This document shows, one piece after another, positions 26,185 through 36,026 of a stretch of DNA of 41,238 nt (the stretch's first letter is position 1; every line of letters begins with the position of its first letter). The notes under the pieces are model-generated. The model searched no databases. It had not been told where the DNA came from and saw only the letters and a program-made list of their open reading frames with translations. The stretch comes from Polyangiaceae bacterium (GTDB taxonomy: Bacteria; Myxococcota_A; Polyangia; Polyangiales; Polyangiaceae): contig JBILLK010000047.1 in the NCBI GenBank assembly GCA_044376115.1, positions 1-41,238 of the forward strand. Direction: 5' to 3'. The translations under genes and the position numbers were made by a program.

Positions 26185-27630
26185 GTGCTCTGGTACCTTG
26201 GACTCGGTGTGAGTGCCGACAGTGGACCCTTGAGCTTCGCGAGCGCGAACCCGAGCGTGCTGGCCGCCAAGCGTGTTCACTTCGTCGGCGCCGGCGGGGT
26301 CGGCGTCTCGGCCGTCGCCCGATGCGTTCACGAACTCGGCATCCGGGTCACGGGATCGGACCAGCGCGCGTCGCAGATCACGCGCGCGCTGGCGGAACTC
26401 GGATGCGAGATCTCGATCGGACACGATCCGGGCCACGTTCGCGGAGCGGACTGCGTCGTGCACTCGACGGCGGTCGACCGCGACAACGTCGAGCTAGCCG
26501 CCGCCCGCAGTATGGGCGTTCCCGTCGTGCATCGCTCGGTGGCGCTGGGTGAGCTGATGGCGAGGCACGCGCGTGCCGTCGCGGTGATGGGCACACACGG
26601 CAAGGGAACCGTCTCGGCGATGCTCGTGTGCATCCTCGATTGCGCTGGCCACTACCCGGGCTTCGCGATCGGCGCATTGCTCGAGAACTACGGTCGGACG
26701 AACGCGCGGATCACGGATGGCGCTTTCTTCGTCGCCGAGGTCGACGAGTCCGACGGTTCCCTCGTCAACGTGACGCCCACCCTCGCGGTTCTCACGAACC
26801 TCGAGCCCGATCACCTGAACTACTACCGCGACCTCGCACACCTCGAAGACCGCGTCGTCGAGGCGCTGGCCAGACCGGCGCGCCTCACGAAGGTGGTGGC
26901 GAACGGCGCGTCGCCGTCGATCGCGCGTCTGATTCCACGCGTACCGAACGCTCCGTGGACACTCTTCGGCGTCGAGGGCGGCGTGACGGCAACGGCCGTC
27001 TCGCTGAGCCCGAACGGCGCCCGCTTCACCCTGGTCGAGGCTGGAACGAAAGCCACCGACGTCGAACTCGTGGTTCCTGGCGCGTACAACGTCGAGAACG
27101 CTCTCGCGGCGGCGGCAGCAGCGCGCTCTCTCGGCGTCTCGCCCGAGCACGTAGCGGAGGGCCTACGGAGCTACCGCGGTCTCGAGAATCGGTTCACGGC
27201 TCGTGCGGTGTGCGGGCGGCGCGTGGTGACCGACTACGCATCGCACCCCACGGCGATTCGCCACGCGATCGCCACCGCAGCCATGGAGGAACGCCCTTCC
27301 GTCGTGGTGTTCCGCCCGTGGCGCTACACGCTCGTACGTCACCTCTTCGACGAGTTTGCCTCTGCGTTCGATGGCGCTGCTCAGCTCGTCGTGACGGAGA
27401 TCGACGCCGGTGGGGAGAGCTCGCCGCTGGGGCTCAGCCGCGCGACGCTCGCTCGCGCGATCCGAGCTCGTGGGGTCGCCGTGACCGAAGTCGATGGTCC
27501 CGCCGACCTAGGGCCCGTGCTCGATGCGCTGGCCCCTGCTGGGGTTCAGGTCATCGCGATCGGCGGCGAGGATCTGTTCGCCGCCATCCGTGACTGGAGC
27601 GCGCAGCTGGAGGCCGCGCTCGACGAATGA
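26185..27630 (+). CDS. murC: MurC-like amide ligase (divergent UDP-MurNAc-L-Ala ligase paralogue); start uncertain
   Basis: HFVGAGGVGVS, GSD, GTHGKGT, EVDESDGS, TNLEPDHLNYY, PGAYNVENALAA, DYASHPTAI, FRPWRYT. Confidence 0.8.
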   Translation: MLWYLGLGVSADSGPLSFASANPSVLAAKRVHFVGAGGVGVSAVARCVHELGIRVTGSDQRASQITRALAELGCEISIGHDPGHVRGADCVVHSTAVDRDNVELAAARSMGVPVVHRSVALGELMARHARAVAVMGTHGKGTVSAMLVCILDCAGHYPGFAIGALLENYGRTNARITDGAFFVAEVDESDGSLVNVTPTLAVLTNLEPDHLNYYRDLAHLEDRVVEALARPARLTKVVANGASPSIARLIPRVPNAPWTLFGVEGGVTATAVSLSPNGARFTLVEAGTKATDVELVVPGAYNVENALAAAAAARSLGVSPEHVAEGLRSYRGLENRFTARAVCGRRVVTDYASHPTAIRHAIATAAMEERPSVVVFRPWRYTLVRHLFDEFASAFDGAAQLVVTEIDAGGESSPLGLSRATLARAIRARGVAVTEVDGPADLGPVLDALAPAGVQVIAIGGEDLFAAIRDWSAQLEAALDE

Positions 27631-28997
27631 CCTGGCCTCACGCTGCCCCACCCCGCGATAACGAGCTCCGAGGCCGCGGCGTCGCGGTCGTCGGCGCGGG
27701 AGCCAGCGGCGTCGCGGCTGCAAACGCCGCGTGTCGGAGGGGCGCTCTCGTGCGTCTCGTCGACGACGGCGAGCGATCGCGGCCCGCCAATCTCGATGAG
27801 GCCGTCGAGTTCGCGTCGCTGACCCACGACGTCGGCACCGCCGAGCTCGTCATCCTCAGCCCGGGGATCCCCGAGGGCTCGCCCGTGCGCGCCGACGTGG
27901 CCCGCGGCGGCGCTGAGGTGATCGGCGAGCTCGAGCTCTTTGCCCGCCTTTGTCCGGCGCCGATCGTCGCGGTGACCGGGACAGACGGCAAGAGCACCGT
28001 GACGACGATGATCGGCTCGATCCTCCAAGCCGGCGGGCACCACGCGGTCGTGGGTGGCAACCTCGGCAATGCGCTGACGGGCGAGCTCGATCGAATCGGA
28101 CCTGCGTCGGTCGTCGTCGCCGAGGTCAGCGCGTTCCAGTTGACCACGGTCTCGACGTTTCACCCGGCCGTCGCCGTGCTGACGAACCTCGCCGAGGATC
28201 ACCTCGACTACCACGGCTCGTTCGCGCGCTACCACGCCGCCAAGCGGCGGATCTTCGCGCGAATGACCGAGGGAGACGTGGCGGTCCTCGGTGCCGACTG
28301 CCCGCGGGCTCGCGCGACCGAACTGCCCGCCTCGATCGTTCGGCTCAGCGCATCTGCACGCGAGCACGCCGACGCACACGCTGAACGCGGGCAGCTGATG
28401 CTCCGTGGTCGTGTGCTGATGCCGCGGGCCGAGCTCCCTCTTGCCGGCGAGCACAACGTTCTCGACGCCCTCCTCGCCGCGCTCGCCGCCGACGCGCTCG
28501 GCCTCGCGCATCGCGTGATCGCCGATGCGCTGCGGTCCTACCGACCGCTGCGCCACCGGCTCGAGCGGTTCCACGAGAGCGCGGGCATCCACTTCGTCGA
28601 CGACAGCAAGGCCACCAACCCACACGCAGCGGCGGCTGGGCTACGAGCGATGGAAGGTCCGGTGGTTCTCCTCGCCGGGGGATGCGACAAGGGGCTCCCG
28701 CTCGACGCCTTCAGCGAACTCGTGCGAGAGCGAGCGCGTCGTGTAATCCTCTTCGGGGCGGCTGCACCAAGCTTCGCCCGAGCGATCGGGAAAGGTGCGT
28801 CCGTCGCCGAGGTTGCGACGCTCGAAGAGGCCGTCACGGCCGCTCGCGCGTGCGCACGCGCAGGTGACACCGTCCTCCTCTCGCCTGCGTGCTCGTCGTT
28901 CGACGCGTACGACTCGTACGCCCAGCGGGGTGAAGCGTTCCAGCGTCTGGTGCGGCAGGCCTTCTCGGATCGGTCAAGTCGCGGGGCTGGGCAGTGA
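27627..28997 (+). CDS. murD: MurD (UDP-MurNAc-L-Ala:D-Glu ligase)-like protein
   Basis: VVGAGASG, LSPGIP, VTGTDGKSTVT, GGNLG, EVSAFQL, NLAEDHLDYH, HRLE, DDSKATN, AGGCDKG, LLSPACSSFD..RGEAF. Confidence 0.9.
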   Translation: MTWPHAAPPRDNELRGRGVAVVGAGASGVAAANAACRRGALVRLVDDGERSRPANLDEAVEFASLTHDVGTAELVILSPGIPEGSPVRADVARGGAEVIGELELFARLCPAPIVAVTGTDGKSTVTTMIGSILQAGGHHAVVGGNLGNALTGELDRIGPASVVVAEVSAFQLTTVSTFHPAVAVLTNLAEDHLDYHGSFARYHAAKRRIFARMTEGDVAVLGADCPRARATELPASIVRLSASAREHADAHAERGQLMLRGRVLMPRAELPLAGEHNVLDALLAALAADALGLAHRVIADALRSYRPLRHRLERFHESAGIHFVDDSKATNPHAAAAGLRAMEGPVVLLAGGCDKGLPLDAFSELVRERARRVILFGAAAPSFARAIGKGASVAEVATLEEAVTAARACARAGDTVLLSPACSSFDAYDSYAQRGEAFQRLVRQAFSDRSSRGAGQ

Positions 28998-29827
28998 GGG
29001 TCGAGGAGGTTACCTGCGGTGAGATCCACGTCGCGTCCGTCCAGCTCGCGGAGGGGCGGTTTCGACCTCGGCTCTTTCGCGACGGTGTACCCGTGCGGGC
29101 GCCGGAGGAGGACGACACGGGTCACGCGCCGATCGGATTCTCGCTGGTCGTCGTTGCCGCCTCGCAAAAGACGATCGTCGTCGACCCTGGGTTGGACGAT
29201 CCCGGGAGCGAGGGTGCCGCTCGCTTCCGCGCGACGTTTGCGGTCGCAGACTCGATCTCGATCGACGCCGCGCTCGCCGCCGTGGGCGTGACTCCAGCGG
29301 ACGTCGACCACGTCCTCTTGACGCACGCTCACCTCGATCACCTTTCCGGCGCCACGCGCGAGCACCTTGGGCAGCTCGTTCCGCGTTTCGCCCGAGCGCG
29401 CTACCTCCTCGGCGCCGCGGATCGCCACGGTGCGCGGTACGACGGCAAGCCCGAGCCCGAGGTGGAGCGACGGCTCGCGCTGCTCGAGGCGCACGATCGG
29501 CTGGCAGCGGCGGGGAACTCGCCCGTGGTGCCCGGCATCGATCTCATGGCGGCTCCCGGAGAGTCGCCGGGCCACCACGTCGTCCGCATTCGCTCCGGCG
29601 GAACGACGTGCCTCCTCCTCGGTGACCTCTTTCACCTGCCGAGTGAGGTCGAGCATCACGACTGGGTGCCGCTCGGCCGGGACGCCGAGACGCTGCGCGC
29701 GAGTCGGAAGGCCCTCCTCCCAATCGCCACCGAGCCGCGCACCGTGTGTCACCTTCACCATGCGACGACCAGAGCGTTCGGTGTGATCCTTCGAGACGCG
29801 AATGGCTTCCGCTGGGGCCGGGCGTGA
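28994..29827 (+). CDS. MBL-fold metallo-hydrolase
   Basis: VVDPG, VDHVLLTHAHLDH, FARARY, APGESPGH, LLGD; GTGA overlaps at both ends. Confidence 0.85.
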   Translation: MRVEEVTCGEIHVASVQLAEGRFRPRLFRDGVPVRAPEEDDTGHAPIGFSLVVVAASQKTIVVDPGLDDPGSEGAARFRATFAVADSISIDAALAAVGVTPADVDHVLLTHAHLDHLSGATREHLGQLVPRFARARYLLGAADRHGARYDGKPEPEVERRLALLEAHDRLAAAGNSPVVPGIDLMAAPGESPGHHVVRIRSGGTTCLLLGDLFHLPSEVEHHDWVPLGRDAETLRASRKALLPIATEPRTVCHLHHATTRAFGVILRDANGFRWGRA

Positions 29828-30399
29828 AGCGCGTGTCGGAACGCCTGACTCGCGCTCTCGCCTGTCTCGCGCTCGGCGCATCGGTCGGGCCGCTCGCGCT
29901 CTGCGCGCTCGGCGTCGTCCTCGACGACGGGCTCCCGGTGCTCTTTCGGCAGCCTCGCATCGGCCTCGATGGATCTTCGTTCGAGCTGCTCAAGCTACGG
30001 ACCATGCGCTCTGGTCGAGTGACGCGCTGGGGAGCGCGCCTCCGGGAATCGGGCCTCGACGAGCTGCCGCAGCTCGTGAACGTGCTCCGCGGCGAGATGG
30101 CGTGGGTCGGTCCACGACCGCTGACGCAGAGCGAGCTCGTGCGCATGGGATGGACCGGCCCTGCATATCGAGCCCGGTCGCGTGTCCGGCCCGGCCTGAC
30201 CGGACCCGTCCAGGTCTTCGGATCGGCCTCCCCGGATGAGGCTGAGAAGCTCGAGGCCGCGTACCTCGCCCACAAGTCGGTCGTGCTCGACCTCACGCTG
30301 GTCTCGCTCACCGCGACGATGGTGGTCTTCGGCAAGGGCCGGGTTCGGCGGTTCTTGCGGTCGGCGGCCTCGCGTTCGCGCTTCGGATACGCGCTGTGA
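29824..30399 (+). CDS. monotopic phosphoglycosyl transferase (Bac_transf, PglC-like)
   Basis: PVLFRQPRIG..F.LLKLRTM..TRWGARLRESGLDELPQLVNVLRGEMAWVGPRP..RPGLTG..Q; start moved to GTG 29824. Confidence 0.9.
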   Translation: MKRVSERLTRALACLALGASVGPLALCALGVVLDDGLPVLFRQPRIGLDGSSFELLKLRTMRSGRVTRWGARLRESGLDELPQLVNVLRGEMAWVGPRPLTQSELVRMGWTGPAYRARSRVRPGLTGPVQVFGSASPDEAEKLEAAYLAHKSVVLDLTLVSLTATMVVFGKGRVRRFLRSAASRSRFGYAL

Positions 30400-31373
30400 C
30401 GGAGCGCGGAACCACCCTGCCGACGAAGGCCGCGACGCGATCCGTTCCGGGTCTCGTGCTGTCGGCCGCGCTGGCGTCATGGGCCGCCATCGAGGCGCTG
30501 GCTCCACGCGCTTCGATCGCTTGGCTCGTCTGGCCCAGCGATGCCGATGCCGGACCCTGGCTGCGGAGCGCCTGTCTCCTCAGCGCCGCGGCCGCCATCG
30601 CCGGGACCGCGCTCCACCGCCGACGCGCCTGTCTCGCCTTCGTGCCCGGCTTCATCCTGTCGGTCGGCCACGGTGTCTGGACCCTCTTCGACGGCACGTG
30701 GTCGCTCAGCCACTCGAGCTACGACCACGCGTGGTGGGGCTTCGCGCCGCTCACGCTCCCCACGTCGCTCGTCGTTGCGCCCGGAGTCGCGCTCGCGCTC
30801 GTCCATCCGCGCGCGAGGTGGCTCGTGGCGATCTCGTCCGTCCTCCTCGTGCCGCTAATCGTCCTGTTCCATGCTGCCATCCGAGAGCCGGCGCGCGACA
30901 TCGACGCAGTCGTCGTGCTCGGTGCCGGCGTGGCGCCCGACGGGACGCCGTCCGCAGCTCTGCGAGATCGGGTTACAACCGGCGTGTCCATCGCGACGAC
31001 GACGGGCGCGATGCTCGTGGTCGTCGGCGCCGGGGAGGGCCTCGCTTCGGAGCCGCGGTCGATGGAGCGACTGGCGCTCGAACGAGGTGTCGATCCGAGC
31101 CGCCTCGTGCTCATCGAGGACGGGATCGACACCGGGCGGTCGATGGCGCGAGTCAACGAGCTCGTCCGGTCTCGCGGCTGGGAGCGCATACGGGTTGTGA
31201 GCCATGGTCACCACCTGGCGCGGCTGCGGCTCACCTGTCGCCGGCTCGGGCTCCGCTGCGACGCAACGGCGGCGTCGCAGCCCGTCGGGCTCGCGGCCGA
31301 GCCGTACTTCGTCGTGCGGGACGCGGCTGCGCTCGCCTACTACGCAGCGTCGTTCTGGCCCGGCGAGCAGTAG
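30396..31373 (+). CDS. membrane-anchored YdcF/DUF218 (SanA/ElyC-like) protein
   Basis: N-terminal TM segments; DAVVVLGAGV.PDGTPS..LRDR, SE...M..LALERGVD, EDGIDT, VVSHGHHLAR. Confidence 0.85.
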   Translation: MTERGTTLPTKAATRSVPGLVLSAALASWAAIEALAPRASIAWLVWPSDADAGPWLRSACLLSAAAAIAGTALHRRRACLAFVPGFILSVGHGVWTLFDGTWSLSHSSYDHAWWGFAPLTLPTSLVVAPGVALALVHPRARWLVAISSVLLVPLIVLFHAAIREPARDIDAVVVLGAGVAPDGTPSAALRDRVTTGVSIATTTGAMLVVVGAGEGLASEPRSMERLALERGVDPSRLVLIEDGIDTGRSMARVNELVRSRGWERIRVVSHGHHLARLRLTCRRLGLRCDATAASQPVGLAAEPYFVVRDAAALAYYAASFWPGEQ

Positions 31374-31480
31374 ATCGCCGTCAGCCCGGCGACGTGTCCG
31401 ATCGGTGACGCGTCGGTGTCCTCGACGCTTCGCCCGCGAGTCGCCGATGCAAGATTCGCTGGCGCAACATCAGCGCTTGG

Positions 31481-32797
31481 TCATCGCGCAGCCGCCTCGC
31501 ACACACCGATCGTGACGACCCGTTCAATTCGGTCGAGCCACGAGCCGCGGGCGGTGCCGTCTCCGGTGGCGAGCGACGTCACCTCGACCCGATTGATCGG
31601 CACCACGTGGTCAGGGCTCCCAGCTTCGCAGGATGTGCAGGGGACGGTCACCTCACCGACGGAGGACACCGCGAATGAACCTGCGCCTGAGCCGTCCTCT
31701 GCCTCCTCTCCCAGGTAGAGCATGATGTGGCCCGGCATCTGAAGGACGGGAACCCCGCAACGCGCGGCGTTCCGAAGCCTCGCGATTTTAGTCGGGCGCG
31801 TGAGCCCCTTCACGTCGGTCACCTCGGAGCCGTGACTGGCTTGGACGATCGAGTTGCGAGGCAGGGCGATCCCGAACGTGGCGAAGATACTCTGGAGAAA
31901 GCGCGAACAGTCGAGCCCCTCGCGATAGCCGCCCCAACCGTAGGCGGAGCCTAAATGCGCCAACGCGATCGCCAGAACGTTTCGCCGCGTGAACAGGAGC
32001 GGCCAAGGTTCCAGCGTTCGTCCCGGAGGGATGCTGCGCCAGGAGCCGTCTTGCCACAGCCTTGCGGTACCATCCGAAGACGCCGGCAAGCCCGTGCCCA
32101 GCCGAAGCGCGGGGGCCTCGGGCACGCCCCGGTCACGCGTGACGACAAAGCGAGGATGGCCATCGCGATAGGCGCGTACTTCATCGATGGTCAATACAGG
32201 ACCGAGAACGCTCGGCGAGCGCAACCACCCAATCGCATACGACGCGCGCACGAGCGACCACCCTTCGGACGTCCTCCCGAGGATCCTCACGACCTCGCCC
32301 ACGTGCACTTCGCTGCACCGATTTCGGTCGAACTCGATCGTGCCGCCGGGCTGCTTCAAGATCGGATCGAGCGTCGGTATGCACCATAGCGTGAGTTCAT
32401 CAGCAGCAAGTCGGTACTCGTCGACAGGCAACACCCGGTCGGCGCGCTCGGAGGCCTGCCGGAGGAGCTCCTTTGAGAGTCCGAGTTCCCCCTTCGCGAC
32501 CTTCCCTTCGATTAGCGCGAACGCGGAGATAACCTGGCGGTTGACGACGTCGCGTGCGGCCACCGCGTCATCGGTCACGTCGCGTGGCCCGTCATCGAGC
32601 GCTCGATAGCCGGCGTTCAGTCGGGCGATGCCCGCGTCGTCCAGGAGCACGCGGTCTGCTTCTCCCGCGGCGAGCTTGTTCAGCCAGTAGTCGCCCGTTC
32701 GGCGCCCGCCCTCAGCGGGCGAGCTCCAGTCTGGCGCGTGTTGCGGAGGGGCAGCACACGACAGGAGCAGCACGAGGCCGAGGAGGTACGTCTTCAC
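31481..32797 (-). CDS. NlpC/P60 peptidoglycan endopeptidase lipoprotein with SH3-like domain
   Basis: Start moved to GTG 32797, lipobox LLSC; LGSAYGWGG..LDCSRFL..F..FGIALPRNS..Q, MPGHIMLYLG. Confidence 0.85.
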   Translation of the reverse strand: MKTYLLGLVLLLSCAAPPQHAPDWSSPAEGGRRTGDYWLNKLAAGEADRVLLDDAGIARLNAGYRALDDGPRDVTDDAVAARDVVNRQVISAFALIEGKVAKGELGLSKELLRQASERADRVLPVDEYRLAADELTLWCIPTLDPILKQPGGTIEFDRNRCSEVHVGEVVRILGRTSEGWSLVRASYAIGWLRSPSVLGPVLTIDEVRAYRDGHPRFVVTRDRGVPEAPALRLGTGLPASSDGTARLWQDGSWRSIPPGRTLEPWPLLFTRRNVLAIALAHLGSAYGWGGYREGLDCSRFLQSIFATFGIALPRNSIVQASHGSEVTDVKGLTRPTKIARLRNAARCGVPVLQMPGHIMLYLGEEAEDGSGAGSFAVSSVGEVTVPCTSCEAGSPDHVVPINRVEVTSLATGDGTARGSWLDRIERVVTIGVCEAAAR

Positions 32798-33024
32798 AGG
32801 CACGGCGCGGCAACGTGAGCGGCCGTGAACCGGAAACGTCCAGCGGTGATCACGCATTCCAGGGGCGACGCAGGCGAGGCGGCGTTCAACCCGCGCGATG
32901 CTAGATCACGCGCGCGGTACTGTCAGTGCGCACGCGTCGGGTCCTCGTGGATCGCTTCACCTAGAACATGATCTGCGCGCTGTAGTCCTTCCGACATTGC
33001 GCGTCCCTTGGCGGCGCTTCAAGA

Positions 33025-33300
33025 CTACCTGATGCCGCCGATGGCAACGCCGACGGCGATGGGGGCGACGACGGCGGCTGTCGCGGCGAGGCTGCCGAGG
33101 ACGATTCCGATGACGGCGCCAGCCGTCTTGCTACGGCTGAACACCGTGACGCGGATTGAGTCGAGGGCGTCGCGCTCCACGCGCGCGGTCTCGGCTCCGC
33201 TCGCGAAGACGTAGGCGCCTCCGTTCACGGTGATTTGGAGAGGCGCCGTCAGGATGGGATATTGCTCGTCCGCGCCCGGTGGCGCCACTGGCTGGACAGC
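33025..33300 (-). pseudogene. probable 3' fragment of a membrane-protein gene
   Basis: C-terminal SRSKTAGAVIGIVLGSLAATAAVVAPIAVGVAIGG looks coding; the upstream part of the ORF overlaps an opposite-strand gene. 5' boundary approximate. Confidence 0.35.
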
Positions 33301-33401
33301 CGAAGCGTCGTTCAGCGTGTTGTTACAAAACGAACACCACGTGCTGGCTCCCCACAATTTCCCGAACAATCGAGGGGCACAGTCTTTGCGAACGCCCTCG
33401 T

Positions 33402-33894
33402 ATGCTGGCGGCGATCGGATCAAAGAACCTCTCGGCGGTGTTGCTCGTGCTGCTGCTCGCGGCCTGCGGCGACGACGGCTCGGCTGTCGGTGGCAACGGC
33501 GAGGGCGGTCCATCCGAGACAGGCGCTGGTGGCTCGGGTGGCGAAGCGAGCGTGGGTGGTGGAGCGACGACGCAGGCCACCATCCAGTTCTTCGTCAACG
33601 AGCGGCCACACGACCCGGGAAACAAGGAGCAAGCGACCACGCGCGCCGGTTACACAGACCCGATCCGCGTTGTCGGCGGCGGTCTGGTCCCAGGCTCGAC
33701 GGTGCGATTCGACATCCTTCGCCGTCTTCGAGGTCCCTGCGTCGGGACCGCCCGGAAGCTCCGTCGAGTGGATCGACGGGACTGGCCTGCGTCTCTCGAT
33801 CCGCAACGGGTTCATGCCGAACAGCAAGGAGGTCGTCAGCTATCACGTCGGCGACTGGACCTTCGAGTCCTGCGAAGAGGTGGGCTCGCTGTAG
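33402..33894 (+). pseudogene. lipoprotein split by a frameshift or deletion near 33716
   Basis: MLAAIGSKNLSAVLLVLLLAACGDDG (lipobox) in one frame; FAVFEVPASG..VEWIDGTGLRLSIRNG..WTFESCEEVGSL in another. Confidence 0.55.
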
Positions 33895-33979
33895 TAACCG
33901 CTCCAATGAGCCGCTCCGGGCCTGCTGCTAACATCGCGGAGTGAAGCTTCACGCTCCGAACCATTTTTATGAACCCGAG

Positions 33980-34006
33980 GAAACTCGGCCACCGCTCGCG
34001 TGTGAT
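33980..34006 (+). promoter_or_regulatory. putative ECF promoter (autoregulatory)
   Basis: GAAACT-N16-GTGAT, 11 nt upstream of the sigma ATG; the same motif and spacing occur at 36027-36053. Confidence 0.6.
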
Positions 34007-34017
34007 TACGAGGGCCG

Positions 34018-34644
34018 ATGACAACCCCACTCCATCCCCCGATCGGTCAGCCGTCCGTATCGGCGGACGAGCGCTTCGGGGGCCCCGATGGGTGGGGCGG
34101 CACGCGCAAGGGGCGCCCACCGTCGTCGGACGTCAACCAGCAGATCCAAGCTGCGGTGGCGCAGGCGTACCGTTTGCATAGCGGGCTCGTGTTCCGCCTC
34201 GCGCTCCGATACGGCCGAGGCCGACCCGCATTCGCCGAGGACATCACGCAGGACGTTTTCCTGCAGTTGTGGCGGTGCGCGGGTGATCTGGAGAGCCTCG
34301 ACGCGATTGAAGGGTGGCTTTACACGACGACCACCCGCCGCTGCCTCAACAAGCTTCGCAACGAACGCATCGCTGGACTCTTCACCCTCCGCTGGCTGCG
34401 GGCAGACGAGCCATCGATCGACGCGGATGTCGTGCAGGGCGCACGCGACGAGCTGCGTCGAGCGTTCGATGCGCTCGCGACGTTGCCGCCGAAGGAGCGA
34501 GTCGCATTTGCCATGTACCACCTCGACGGAAAGTCACAGGACGAGATCGGAGCCGTCCTTGGACACAGCAAGGGCTACGTCAGCAAGCTGATCACTCGCG
34601 CAACCGAGAACCTTGTCCGCCAGGGATGGGGAGTGTCGCCATGA
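34018..34644 (+). CDS. ECF sigma-70 factor
   Basis: YRLHSGLVFRLALRY..AEDITQDVFLQL..GWLYTTTTRRCLNKLR; LATLPPKERVAFAMYHLDGKSQDEIGAVLGHSKGYVSKLI. Confidence 0.92.
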   Translation: MTTPLHPPIGQPSVSADERFGGPDGWGGTRKGRPPSSDVNQQIQAAVAQAYRLHSGLVFRLALRYGRGRPAFAEDITQDVFLQLWRCAGDLESLDAIEGWLYTTTTRRCLNKLRNERIAGLFTLRWLRADEPSIDADVVQGARDELRRAFDALATLPPKERVAFAMYHLDGKSQDEIGAVLGHSKGYVSKLITRATENLVRQGWGVSP

Positions 34645-35870
34645 GCAAGACATCCTCGACGCGGGGTGAGATGCATCTGGAAACAGCCCACGCGACAGCC
34701 GCACGCGAAGAGGCCGCCGCCCGTCCGAACATCATCGAGGCGCTGCACGAGGTGGACCGGCAGCTTGCACGCGCGAAGCCGAGTCGCGACTGCGAGGCGC
34801 GGATCCTCGGCAGCCGCGATGTCCGCGAGCCGCACGGCGGCAGGCGCCACCTGTTGCTACTCGCCGGTGCCATGTCGCTCGTCGTGACCGGCCTCGTGGT
34901 GCGGCGCACGACCGAGGAGCGAGGCCTGCCGAGGGCGCCTGAGGCTGGCAGCTCCGAAGCCACCTCGGAAGGCGCCAATGCCGCGGCTGAAGGCGAAGGT
35001 CGGGGGGCGGACGCGCCGTCGCGCGCCCCGCAGCAGCTTGATCGCGACCCGCTCGGAAACGAAGGCGAGGCGCGACCGACCCACAGGGAGCTGCCCCAGG
35101 AGACGCTCCGCCGACCTCTGCAATCGCCCAAGCCACCGCAATCAGAGATCGACGACGATGGGGCATCTGTCCAGCCGACCCCGACCTCGCGTTCCGTCCC
35201 GCTCCGGGCGCCGAACGACTCTCGCGATCGGTCGCCAAACCGCACTTCGCGCCGAGGAGCGACAATGCCTCGCGTTGCGGTTCTCGCGGCTCCGAATGGC
35301 GGCGCGCAGTCATCGGGTGACCGCCGCGGCGCATTGAACGCCGAGCCAGGCGTCGAACGCGATGAATCGAAGAACGGCGTGCCGTCGGCTGATTCCGCGA
35401 TTCCCGAGCGTGAAGGACAGGACGGGGAAACTCCGGAACGGCCCATACCGGAACCCGAAGACGATCTTGCGTGCGACGGCCTGGAAGGGCTGGGCTCCTA
35501 TAGTGGCTACTTCTGTCCACTCGGCAGCGACCCGTCTTTTCAGGCCGACGCTATCTCGTGCGACGACGCGCTCGCCGACTGCGAGCAGAGCTCCCTTTCG
35601 AGCCCCTCCATGAGCGTCATGTGCACATGGAATGGGGTCGTCATCTTCATGCACGAGGCGTCGCCTGGCGCCTGCGAAGACCCGTCAGCGCAGCCGGTGT
35701 GCGGATTGTTTCGCGGTGGTCTGAGCGAGGCAGAGAACATGATCGCCAGCCCCGACCCAGCGGACAGCATCGACGACAGCGACGAGGCCTGCATCGCGTA
35801 CTGCGAGGCGAGCAGCCCGGAACCCGGCGACGTGTGCGCCAGGGGCGGCAGCGTCATCAAGACGTACTGA
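34641..35870 (+). CDS. putative anti-sigma factor: short cytoplasmic N-terminus, one TM, disordered linker, Cys-rich C-terminal domains
   Basis: ATG 34641 overlaps the sigma stop (ATGA); TM LLLLAGAMSLVVTGLVV; the last ~58 aa equal the lipoprotein repeat unit. Confidence 0.7.
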   Translation: MSKTSSTRGEMHLETAHATAAREEAAARPNIIEALHEVDRQLARAKPSRDCEARILGSRDVREPHGGRRHLLLLAGAMSLVVTGLVVRRTTEERGLPRAPEAGSSEATSEGANAAAEGEGRGADAPSRAPQQLDRDPLGNEGEARPTHRELPQETLRRPLQSPKPPQSEIDDDGASVQPTPTSRSVPLRAPNDSRDRSPNRTSRRGATMPRVAVLAAPNGGAQSSGDRRGALNAEPGVERDESKNGVPSADSAIPEREGQDGETPERPIPEPEDDLACDGLEGLGSYSGYFCPLGSDPSFQADAISCDDALADCEQSSLSSPSMSVMCTWNGVVIFMHEASPGACEDPSAQPVCGLFRGGLSEAENMIASPDPADSIDDSDEACIAYCEASSPEPGDVCARGGSVIKTY

Positions 35871-36026
35871 TCGCTGCGACTCGTCGTACGCGGCGTCGTT
35901 GCGATCGTTGTCGGGTAGACGCTTCGCCACGCAGCGAAGCAAGCGAGCGGCTTGCAGACTGCCACGTAGCCGCGCGCGGCCGCCTCTGCTCGACGAGCTT
36001 GCCCGCGCAATGAGTTGTCGACGCGA

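Noticed and set aside
26185..28997. Canonical dcw cluster
   Set aside because: murE, murF, mraY, ftsW, murG and fts genes are absent, and the neighbours are unrelated.
27546..30507. Long minus-strand ORFs opposite murD, MBL and PGT
   Set aside because: High-GC antisense frames with no motifs; the plus-strand genes form a coupled operon.
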